Assembly: GCA_032718475.1 (NCBI GenBank)
Contig: JAUCBJ010005520.1
Span: forward strand, 70,521 to 134,520
Length of the DNA stretch: 64,000 bases
Direction: 5' to 3'
DNA from: Nemertoderma westbladi
Taxonomy: Eukaryota > Animalia > Xenacoelomorpha
The position numbers were made by a program, and so were the translations under genes. The notes under the pieces are model-generated. The model saw only the letters and a list, made by a program, of their open reading frames with translations, did not search any database and had not been told where the DNA came from. Shown here piece by piece: positions 1 to 9,801 of this stretch (position 1 is its first letter; each line of letters opens with the position of its first letter).

Positions 1-2201
1 AGAAGAAAACAATTATCAAATAAAAAATACGACATAATTAACCAATCAGTGTAATTATTATAGCAAGATTCTGACATTTGTAGGTTCAGAAAGCAAGAAG
101 AATATACTAAGTTCCGGTACAATTAATAGAAAATTAAAGATGGTGGACAAAACACAACGATGTAAATCTACTACTACTAGGATCGGCATGGTGCATTGAA
201 GCTGCATTTTCAAGAATGCTGTGCATGCTTGTCGACAAAATTGCGCCGCCACAAAGCAGAGGCGGCTTTGTTCTAGTGTCAAGCTTGGAGGAACCAATGA
301 GACACCTCCAATGTTATATAGTTTCTGATTGGAGATGTGTGCATTGTACTTGACACAGTGAACCCGGCGTAGCATTCTTGTGAATGTGCCATCCAGAGAT
401 TTGGTGTCCTCAGCAGTTAGAGCCCAGCATGGACTCCCATAGTGGAGTACTGGAACTACTGCTGCTCTAAATAATCGGACCTTAAGTTTCCCATTAATCC
501 TACGTGACTTCCAAATCCTGGAAAGCCTATTCAAGGCTGCCTGCCCATGCCTTTTCCTTACATATTCAAAGGGCCTCAACTGATTTCCGGATCCATGATC
601 CCAGGTAACATAAGTCATCCACATGCTCAAGCATACCATCCTTTGAGCTTATGCTCATCTGATCAGAGAATTGCTGAGGACTTTCAAAGTTAACTGTCAA
701 AATTTTGGTCTTTTTGAAGTTATTAAAAAGACAAACACTGGAAGCAGCCTGTTCTAATGAGCAGAGGAGCCGTTGGGCTTCCTCTAGTGATTCTGAGAGT
801 ACTCCTCTAAGTCATCAGCAAAGTCTAGATCAGTTAGGTGCTTGGCAGGATTTCCTCTATTTCTGGAGCCAGTAGGTGGAGTTACCATCAATCACCCCAT
901 CATCATTATGATGATCAAGGACATGCGTAGAACATAGTCAACCACAATTCTGAACAAGAATGGCTCAAGTATCTCTTGTCACCCTGGAGGACTCCCCATA
1001 ATACTTCAAATGGTTCTGTGTCACCATCAACAGTAGACACACATGTTGCCGAACCATCGTATACTGATCTGATTGTTGCAATAATTTCATCAGGAATCCC
1101 ATATAATGAAAGTATGGTGAACATACGTGTGAGAGAGACTGAATCAAAGGCATTGAAGAAGTCAACAAAGATAACAGCTAGATGCCTGTCTTTCTTTTTT
1201 GATAACTCTTCAATTATCCTTCTAAGTGCCAAAATGGTCCCTTGACCTTTACGGAACCCATTCTGATGTCCACGGAGCAGTCTCTCAATGGGATCCCTGA
1301 TGCGGTTTAATAGAATTCTATTGTATAGCTTTGCAGCAATCGAGATCAATGAGATTCCCCAAAAAGAACCTCAGAGTGTTAGGTTGCCCTTCTTGGGAAC
1401 TGGCACCAACCTCTTGTTGTTCTGTACATGTCTACTATGATGTGATAGATGAGCTTTAAACACACTGAAAGGAGATATTGCCAATGGGAATATCTGGGAG
1501 TACAGACTCAGACACTTACTTCTATAAAGTAATCAGGCAAATACACTGTCATTATTGAGGAGCTTTTCAAAGTGGGCCTTCCAACCATTGAGGCGATTGG
1601 CTGTTGATTCTGCTTTAACCTTGGTGGTTGGTTGGCTTTCCACCCAGTAAGCAAGTTAATCGATTTCCATGCCTGGGATCATCATCATTGATGGCATCAA
1701 CCTGTTGGTTTATTAGTTCCTGCAGATTAACAGAGTACTGCCTATTCAGGGACCTAGATGCAGCCTTAACTGCATTCTTAGCCACTGTAGTCTGATTGAG
1801 TCAGGACTCTTTCTGCGCCTTATAGAGGTCATTTCGGCACTTCTGAATTTTGTGGTCAGTCCAGGGGCCCTTTTCCTGTTTTGAGGGTATACAGGAACTG
1901 TTTCTGCAGCTGCTAACTTAATTGCTTCTGTGAAGGCAGTATAGCCCTCGTAGTGATCTGCCGCCTCTGAGGCAAGAACCTCATACCTGTTGCTCATCTG
2001 TAGTGTGAAGCTGGATCTCACACTTGGTTGTTGCAACAGAGAGGAACAGTCATGCCGCGGCAAGGCAGATTTCGCACGCAGACTAAGTCTTACCGTGGCC
2101 ACAATGAGGCGGTGATCACTGGAGAAGGGTCGAAGTGTAAAAGCATCACATTGTATAGAGCTCATGTATTTCCTACGAAACAGAATATGGTCTATCTTGG
2201 A

Positions 2202-2729
2202 TGTGACGGGATCCAGGAGGGATCCCGATTTATCCGATGTTTAGTTCACGCGTCCCCGCCGTGTGTAAAGAGTAAAATGAGTTCTGATGTTCGGTGTATA
2301 TAATGATCAGTCTAATAAGATATAGATATAGGTTGTTGTACACGGAAGGCGGGATACGGTAACTAAAGTCCCGGTCCTTCCCTAGCTAAACTATCTAACC
2401 TAACTAGCACCAATATGATACTGGGATAACTGACTGGTATGATTACTGGTAACTGGTTATATTGCACGGTGGCCTTATTGCTGTACCTAATCGATGCCTT
2501 GCCCCCCTCTGATTGGTTGATACCCTTGTTGGCGCCCCGTGGAGTGTTCCCGTTCACTCCATCTGTTCTCTCTGGGTTAGGGGTTTGGCCCCTGACCCTT
2601 GTTGTGTGGTTCTCCTTCCCACTCTATTGGGGTGACACGAGGTTGATATTGGTAATCAACCTCGTGCTCCCAATATTGCCTTATGGCTCACTTTATGGGT
2701 TTGTGTTAGCGGAATTGGATAAGCTAACA
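2202..2729 (-). repeat. 3' LTR of element 1
   Basis: Direct repeat of 9274-9801, TG..CA termini, preceded on the element strand by the PPT ATGGGGGGGAG. Confidence 0.95.
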
Positions 2730-3338
2730 CTCCCCCCCATGCTATCTTCCCGGTAAGAAGATAGCATCCAACTAAAGTGCGCTACAATTCCGCTGGAACT
2801 CGATCTATTATCGGGTGTGGGGTGGGGTTATTTTCTTGGAGTCGACTTTCCAGGCCGCTCCCTATGGGTATGATGTCACTACCCTCTGGCGTCTCGTGTC
2901 GGGCCGATCGTGCGCTTCTCTCACACAATTTTTGTTTCCCCAACACTCTTACCACTCTAACTCCGCTCTCTGACTCAACTCGCTCTTACCCTCTCCCCAC
3001 ACCTGAATCGCACACTTCTCTCTCGCCAACAGCTCCTTTCACTATCTCCTCTCTACTCCCTGCCACTCTCTAAGGCCCTGACCTCTAATGCTACCCCTGT
3101 GCTATCATACTATCTACCTTATCTAAGGTCTAACTTGCTAACTATCTAACTTCTCTAACTCTAACTAACTCCTAACTCTGCTAACTCTACTCTACTCTCT
3201 GCTAACTCTTACTACTTCTAGCTCTAACTAAAAGCCTCTAACTTTCTACTAACTCTAACTAGAACTCTCTAACTTTCTGCTAAGTCTACTAACTCTTTTC
3301 TAACTCTGACTAAAATCCTCCAACTAACTCTATCTCTA

Positions 3339-3851
3339 TCTACGTGGCGCTAACGGTGCCCACAACCACAACCGGTACTACGTACCCTCTTACTAACTCT
3401 ACCTCCATCTACGTGGCGCTAACGGTGCCCACAACCACAACTGGTACTACGTACCCTCTTACTAACTCTACCTCCATCTACGTGGCGCTAACGGTGCCCA
3501 CAACCACTCTACTACTGCTTCTACTCTGCTACTATCTTTCTAACTCTACTAACTCTCTACTATCTCTAACTCTACTAGCTGGCACCCTATGTGCCCTCTC
3601 TACTACTCTACTCTCTGGCACCCTATGTGCCCGTCTCTACTACTCTACTCTATCTACATCTCCACCTCAACTAATACCTCTATCTACGTGGCGCTTGCGG
3701 TGCCCACAACCACTCTCTCCTACTACTTTCTACGTGGCGCTTCCGGTGCCCACAACCTCTCTACCACCGCTACTTTCTACGTGGCGCTTCCGGTGCCCAC
3801 AACCTCTCTACCACCGCTACTTTCTACGTGGCGCTTCCGGTGCCCACAACC
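3339..3851. repeat. Seven copies of a ~29-nt core TCTACGTGGCGCTnnCGGTGCCCACAACC in the 3' non-coding region of element 1
   Basis: Copies start near 3339, 3408, 3477, 3683, 3729, 3776 and 3823, set in G-poor low-complexity sequence. Confidence 0.85.
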
Positions 3852-3962
3852 TCCCTACTACTACTCGTGGCATGACAATATGCCACACTCCCTTACCCGC
3901 CGATTTCTAACTTAACTCTACTTACTATTATTTTAATTATTTAATTATTTATTAATATTTAT

Positions 3963-6767
3963 TTAAATTAAATAATTAATTTTTTGTGGGAAGGGCGTCT
4001 CGCCCCCATTCCCACCCCCCTCAGTCCAAAACCTTGGACGACTAAACTCAAGGTGCCCCTTCTTCCAGTAGGCACACTCCCACTGCCCTTCTATACGTCC
4101 TCTTATTCTTCGCCACACCCTCTTCGCCAATTCCGCCTGACCAGGAATTGGTTCTCCCGCTTTCACCACCCTAAGGTTGGGTCTCTCCACCGTCTTCTTA
4201 ACTAGCTCATCTCCTGGCATCAAAATGCCACCTCTCTCCTTGTTGTCTCCCGCCGGCAGAATGAATAGAAAGTGAAAGAACAGGCAGAACAGTAGGTACA
4301 ATAGTAGTCCTATCCCTTTCCGTCCTGCCTTCCTTCTCGACTTCCCCCTTGTCGGTATGCCTCCAAACCGGACCGGCATCTCTTCCGGACACTCCTCTAG
4401 ACACTCCTCCAGACACTCCTCTGGAGTGTTGTCCTCCGGACACCTCGCCGTCCGCTCCGCTTCATCTCCATACCGATGCTTGCTGGGAAACCTACTCTCC
4501 TCTGCCCACTTTCTTACTGTCACCTCGCTATCTGGCTCTACTATCTCTCGTTTCTCCACTACTTCCTCTGCGTCTTCGGTGCCTGGTATCATGCACCCAG
4601 ATGTCTCTGTCACACTGCATGGGATGTTGATTTTAACTGGGCCGCTAAGCGTCCATCCGAACGGCGTGAGGATCGCCGTCGGGTCCCGCTGCCTGTCTTC
4701 GCCGAAGACCGTCTTCATCCTCTCATGGGCCGTCGGGCAGTCCATTCCTACTATAATGGACACCTTCCTAACGTCCACCTTTGGTATTGAGAAATCGATA
4801 CCGTCCAGGAATCTATACTGCTCGACCTCAATGTTGGTTGGTCGCCTGGCGTTGATGTTTATCGATTCGATGACGTGGATGGGGTCGATCGTCGCCCCAT
4901 AGCCGCATCCAGGTGCAATTGCTGCTATCCTGCACCGCCCCGTCCTCGTCTCCAGGACCTCATCTTTACTCGAGACGGTAGTTACCGCCATTCTGTTCGG
5001 CCTCGTCTTTAGCCCTATCTCTTCGGCCACCCAGTTCTCCACCAGCGTGAAGGCTGCTCCGCTGTCGACCAGCATTAATGTCGTTACTGATCGACCGCCC
5101 TCTCCTGATATCTTTACTGGTACTACCCCGAGTAGTACTTTTCTCTTCTTCTCCTCTTCTGGCGTACTTGTAGCCATTGTTTGGCCTCCAGTCTCGGACT
5201 CTCTAACTGCTGTTTCTCTACACTCTCCGGACCTGTGTCCTTCTACCACACATCGATGACATAGTCCGTTTGCGTCTGTGTAGGCTATACGATCTTGTTT
5301 GGGCAACGCTTGCCAGTGCCTACAACTCCTGGTCTTATGGGTTCCATCCCGATGTAATTGACATTCGAATCCCGGATTATAGCGTTCCCTGTATAGTCCT
5401 TCACGTATCGCGCGTAGGTTTATATGTACCGATTTAGTGTTTTGGTTGTCTGTACTCGGCCTACTGGGTATATTGGGATTATGTTTATTTATGGTGTTAT
5501 TTTCTTTCTGTCCCTGCCACGGTGTGGCCCTACTACCAGCTAACTGTGGACTAGCAGTCCCCTGTGTGGCCGCATGTGGTAGTGATTGTCCTACTCTCGG
5601 GAGTGGATCTGCAGGATCGTGTTCGGGTTTATGGCTTGTCCCCAAACTATCCTCGCTATAGACTGGGTCTGTTATTAATTCGGCTTCATAGTTGAGGAAG
5701 CTCGACATTTCTTCTAGGCCCGGTTCCGCACCTTTCTTCTCTCGAGTGGAGAAGGCGATCTTCCTCCACTTTCTCCGCAGCCAGATCGGCAGTGCCTGCG
5801 CTATCGTGGTGATGTTGTTAGACGCGTTGAGTTCGTATGGTGCATCTAGCGTCTTCAGTACGATTAACGCCTTCTCGACCTTGTTTGCAAAGGTCCTTAT
5901 GCTAACGGGATTGTCCTGTAGGCCATCCGATGTTATGCCTCTCAGGGTTTGCCGGATGATCTTGGCCGGGTGCCCGTATTCCCTATCTAGCGCCCGCCAT
6001 GCTGTCGTGAAGCCTCCCTCGATGCCCTGGTATTGCCTCACGATGTCGTATGCTGGGCCTCCTGTATATACTTGCAGATATTTTAGGCACTCCGCCTGCG
6101 TCAAGTTCTTACTTAATATTTCGTTACTATACATGCGCCGAAACTGTAGATATTCTTCCGGCCTACTCCCATCGAATTTAAACGGTTCCACGGGTGGTAA
6201 CTCGATCCTAGTTTTTAACGCATCGATTAACGTGGCCATCCCCATCGCCTGCGCTTCCAATGGGTTCGATGGATGTTGTATAGTTTCTCTTGCTGGGTAC
6301 GGTCCGTTCATCCTATCTGCTGTTGACTTTGCTTGTTGCGTCGGGTATATCATTGGGGGTAACGGCCCCCTCCATATTTCCGTGTCGCACGATCTGCTCT
6401 CGTCCAAGGGGTTCGATGTTCTCGCTCCTATTGGGGTATATTGTTGATATTGTGATGGGGGAATGTCACCCTGTCCCCCCCCAGCCGGTATGTTTGGTAC
6501 TGGGGTTGATGTTAATAAATTGGGGCCCACACATCTATCTCCAATAGCTCTCCCCTCCCCTGGATATATGTTATGTCCCTGTGTATTATAGTCATGCTGC
6601 TGTACCGATATAGGCCTACCTACCTCTCGCCTACCTACCGGTATGTACTCCGCGACTTCCGGGTTTAATTCCGTCGTTCGCGCTACCCCATCGCCTACTC
6701 TATCTCTCCCAGCATGGCCTATAATAGTATGTGCAGTAAGGCCTACAGTATGTCCTGCAGTCTGCAT
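3963..6767 (-). CDS. BEL/Pao Gag (DUF1759-like, two Cys/His knuckles) + aspartic protease, fused to short integrase-like remnants
   Basis: PPVEPFKFDG..LKYLQVYTGGPA..LDREYG; CQLH..H..C and CHRC....H....C; VLLGVVPV..LVDSGA; IIVGMDC..TPFGWTL. The tail ILMPGDEL..RVWRRIR..YWKK..RFW resembles the BEL integrase C-terminal region. Confidence 0.85.
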   Translation of the reverse strand: MQTAGHTVGLTAHTIIGHAGRDRVGDGVARTTELNPEVAEYIPVGRREVGRPISVQQHDYNTQGHNIYPGEGRAIGDRCVGPNLLTSTPVPNIPAGGGQGDIPPSQYQQYTPIGARTSNPLDESRSCDTEIWRGPLPPMIYPTQQAKSTADRMNGPYPARETIQHPSNPLEAQAMGMATLIDALKTRIELPPVEPFKFDGSRPEEYLQFRRMYSNEILSKNLTQAECLKYLQVYTGGPAYDIVRQYQGIEGGFTTAWRALDREYGHPAKIIRQTLRGITSDGLQDNPVSIRTFANKVEKALIVLKTLDAPYELNASNNITTIAQALPIWLRRKWRKIAFSTREKKGAEPGLEEMSSFLNYEAELITDPVYSEDSLGTSHKPEHDPADPLPRVGQSLPHAATQGTASPQLAGSRATPWQGQKENNTINKHNPNIPSRPSTDNQNTKSVHINLRAIREGLYRERYNPGFECQLHRDGTHKTRSCRHWQALPKQDRIAYTDANGLCHRCVVEGHRSGECRETAVRESETGGQTMATSTPEEEKKRKVLLGVVPVKISGEGGRSVTTLMLVDSGAAFTLVENWVAEEIGLKTRPNRMAVTTVSSKDEVLETRTGRCRIAAIAPGCGYGATIDPIHVIESININARRPTNIEVEQYRFLDGIDFSIPKVDVRKVSIIVGMDCPTAHERMKTVFGEDRQRDPTAILTPFGWTLSGPVKINIPCSVTETSGCMIPGTEDAEEVVEKREIVEPDSEVTVRKWAEESRFPSKHRYGDEAERTARCPEDNTPEECLEECLEECPEEMPVRFGGIPTRGKSRRKAGRKGIGLLLYLLFCLFFHFLFILPAGDNKERGGILMPGDELVKKTVERPNLRVVKAGEPIPGQAELAKRVWRRIRGRIEGQWECAYWKKGHLEFSRPRFWTEGGGNGGETPFPQKINYLI

Positions 6768-7592
6768 GTGCCCTTCCGAACCGAAGTTTAATCTTCGCGA
6801 ATCTCGAGTCTCCCCGCGACTACTGCACTCTCGATCGGCAGCTATATCACGTCGGGAAGCTTCTCTTCGATCCCCTCTCCTGTTCTCGACTTTGTATTGG
6901 TACCTCCTGTACCCCTTTCTTGGCGTGCGGTGCGTTTCTCCGGGGCGACGTCAATCTCCCGAAGTTCGACCCCACTGACTCCCTAACTCCATCTCTACCA
7001 TCGACGGTCCGCTATCTGTCCTCACACTGCTATCGTTCGTGGCGACACTTCTTCTACTATCTTCTCTTCTTCCCCTTTTCGTGCAGTATTCCCGCTCGTG
7101 AGATCTCTCGTCGACCTCCCGGTTAAACTCCACTGTTCTTCTTCTCTCTTCTGATCGGGCTCGACGCTTCGTCTGCCCTCTCGCGACGTCAACCTGCCTC
7201 TCTCTGCTCGATCGCACGCCGCTGGGGATACTCGCAATCCCCCTATTACTCTCCGTCGCCGGGTGTTGCGGTTTACCTGATTCGGCCCGCGCATTATCCG
7301 CTGACGGCTGTGGGACACTCTCTGCCCCCCCTCTCTCTCTACTAACTTCTCGCGGTGGGGTGTCCGTAGCCCCCCCCCCCACCCGCTACTTCTAACTTCA
7401 CTATCTCTTACTACACTTCTGCGTCCCTCTTGTCGGACACTCTCTACCCCCCTTCTCTCGCCACTAATCTTCTGTGGTGGGGCGCCCGTAGCCCCCCCCC
7501 CCCACCCGCCACTTCTAACTTCACTACCTCTTACTACACTTCTACACCCCTCTTGTGGGGCATTCTCTGCCCCCCCTCTCTCGCCGCTAATC

Positions 7593-9185
7593 TTATGTGG
7601 TGGGGCGCCCGTAGCCCCCCCCCCACCCGCCACATCTAACTTCAATATCTCTTACTTCGTCTCTACACCCCTCTCTAGTTGACACACTGTCTCTACTACG
7701 GCTGGGTCTTTTCACCCCCGCCTCTCTCCCTACTACTGCGAGGCCTACCAGGCCCACCCCGGGTTGGCTCAACCCCGCTACCTCCTGCCTACCAACTACG
7801 TGGCCTACCAGGCCGCCGTCGGGTTGGCGCAACCCCGCCACCTCCTGCCTACTAACTACGTGGCCTACCAGGCCGCCGTCTGCCGGGCTATACACGTCTG
7901 ACGCGTTCACATTAATAGCACCATTCCCAATATTATTTGTTAAATCAATTAAATTATTAGAATTTGAAACGGGATTATTATTTAAATTATTTAAGTTAGA
8001 ATTATTATTATTTTCAAAATTTAAATTGCTATTCGAATTATTTGAATTATTTTGATTATTCTGAATATTTGAATTAATATTATTATTTGAATTTAAACTT
8101 AAATTACTACTACCGGGTAAGATATTTCCTGTAATAAAGGGATTAGGGTTATCTACTACGGTACTATCAATACAAACATTTCCTAACGTACTACTACTAC
8201 CCCCCCCGCCCGTACGGTTACTGTACGTATTGTAAGTGTACCGCACGCTCTGTTCTCTTGCCTCACGCTCTTCGCGTTCACTCTCTCGCTCCTTCCTTCC
8301 CCTCAGTCGCCACTCTAATTCTTCAATTTTTAATTTATATGCCATGCGTTCACTCTCTCGCACCCGTCTTTCTTTTGCGGAGGATGTAGCAGACTTATCG
8401 GTTGCGACGGACTCCCGCCGCCCCTCCGTCCTACTAACTTTCCCCCGCTTTCCGGGGTTCTCGCTGACCGACGAGACCGAATCCTCGGAGCTAACCTCGG
8501 ATTCGCCCTCGTGCGGTCCCGCCCAACGCACTAACTTAACTTCCCTGGCATCGACTAAGTATGGCCCTATGTACACTACACCAGGCCCCATACCCCTACG
8601 TTCCCATAGCCCAAACAGTTCGAAGGCAACCCCTCTCGCTCTCTCCTCGGCCAGTTCTCCCTGCCCAGAACGCACTAGGTAATCAAAGTATCTGTTCGAC
8701 TCACCTAGTCGTCTCCTCAACTTCACCTGGTCTATCTCAGCCCCTCTAGCTTCCTTCAGTTGTTCCCGGGTCGCGGTGTAGGCTCGTCGAAGTCGATCAG
8801 AAACCCCGACATCCTCGTCGCCGACCTCCCCTCCATCTCTCCGGGTCCGACGTCGTACCGGCGGCCCCACCGTTGCCGTTCCGGTGGGCCGTCCGTCGCC
8901 CTCGGCCTGTGGCTGGCCGGCGACATCGGTACGTCGACCCTCGCTCCGCATCGACTCGTCTTTCTCCTCTCCCGTCTCACTCTCTCCTCTACTCGACTCG
9001 CTCTCTCCTCGTAGACGACCCCCCACATCTTGGTTCGCCGGGTTGCTCGTTATCGACGTGGCGTCAACCGGCGTCGACGTAGCATCGACCGGCGTCGTGG
9101 GTTCGTATCGTCTCGCCGTGGCCTCGCGGATCGTTAGATCGTCGTCCGGGGTCCGCGGCGGTGTCGTTCCTCTCTCTCGACTCAT
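7593..9185 (-). CDS. N-terminal Gag extension of element 1 (conserved N-domain, E/R-rich coiled coil, Asn-rich tract, 20-aa repeats)
   Basis: First ATG after the leader (MSRERG); homologous to 15736-17866 and 38483-40470; same frame as the Gag ORF at 3963-6767. Confidence 0.7.
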   Translation of the reverse strand: MSRERGTTPPRTPDDDLTIREATARRYEPTTPVDATSTPVDATSITSNPANQDVGGRLRGESESSRGESETGEEKDESMRSEGRRTDVAGQPQAEGDGRPTGTATVGPPVRRRTRRDGGEVGDEDVGVSDRLRRAYTATREQLKEARGAEIDQVKLRRRLGESNRYFDYLVRSGQGELAEERARGVAFELFGLWERRGMGPGVVYIGPYLVDAREVKLVRWAGPHEGESEVSSEDSVSSVSENPGKRGKVSRTEGRRESVATDKSATSSAKERRVRESERMAYKLKIEELEWRLRGRKERESEREEREAREQSVRYTYNTYSNRTGGGGSSSTLGNVCIDSTVVDNPNPFITGNILPGSSNLSLNSNNNINSNIQNNQNNSNNSNSNLNFENNNNSNLNNLNNNPVSNSNNLIDLTNNIGNGAINVNASDVYSPADGGLVGHVVSRQEVAGLRQPDGGLVGHVVGRQEVAGLSQPGVGLVGLAVVGREAGVKRPSRSRDSVSTREGCRDEVRDIEVRCGGWGGGYGRPTT

Positions 9186-9273
9186 CTTCGTCTTTAGTGA
9201 TTGGTGGCTGGTGGTTATTGAGTTTATCCAGGGCAGCAGCACGGATTTAGTTACTGCCGAAGGGTTTAGTTAC

Positions 9274-9801
9274 TGTGACGGGATCCAGGAGGGATCCCGA
9301 TTTATCCGATGTTTAGTTCACGCGTCCCCGCCGTGTGTAAAGAGTAAAATGAGTTCTGATGTTCGGTGTATATAATGATCAGTCTAATAAGATATAGATA
9401 TAGGTTGTTGTACACGGAAGGCGGGATACGGTAACTAAAGTCCCGGTCCTTCCCTAGCTAAACTATCTAACCTAACTAGCACCAATATGATACTGGGATA
9501 ACTGACTGGTATGATTACTGGTAACTGGTTATATTGCACGGTGGCCTTATTGCTGTACCTAATCGATGCCTTGCCCCCCTCTGATTGGTTGATACCCTTG
9601 TTGGCGCCCCGTGGAGTGTTCCCGTTCACTCCATCTGTTCTCTCTGGGTTAGGGGTTTGGCCCCTGACCCTTGTTGTGTGGTTCTCCTTCCCACTCTATT
9701 GGGGTGACACGAGGTTGATATTGGTAATCAACCTCGTGCTCCCAATATTGCCTTATGGCTCACTTTATGGGTTTGTGTTAGCGGAATTGGATAAGCTAAC
9801 A
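9274..9801 (-). repeat. 5' LTR of element 1
   Basis: Direct repeat of 2202-2729; flanked by TSD TTGGA. Confidence 0.95.
9500..9533 (-). promoter_or_regulatory. Predicted LTR core promoter: TATAA at -30 and initiator TCAGTT (+1 = 9503)
   Basis: Spacing is conserved in the two sister LTRs (TATAT at 15388/15390 with TTAGTT +1 at 15420; TATATT at 40821 with TCAGTT +1 at 40790); TCAGTT fits the TCAKTY initiator consensus. Confidence 0.65.

Larger units (their letters stand above)
2202..9801 (-). mobile_element. BEL/Pao LTR retrotransposon, element 1 (non-autonomous: Gag-protease, no RT/RNase H)
   Basis: 528-bp TG..CA LTRs at 2202-2729 and 9274-9801 with no difference seen by eye; TSD TTGGA at 2197-2201 and 9802-9806; polypurine tract abutting the 3' LTR at 2730-2740; BEL-type Gag and protease motifs. 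Confidence 0.95.

Noticed and set aside
3339-3851. 29-nt semi-palindromic repeats with spacers
   Set aside because: Spacers are duplicated low-complexity sequence of irregular length inside an LTR element; not CRISPR.
4251-4313. env-like gene in element 1
   Set aside because: Only one hydrophobic stretch within the Gag-protease frame, with no signal peptide or ectodomain; an integrase remnant is more likely.
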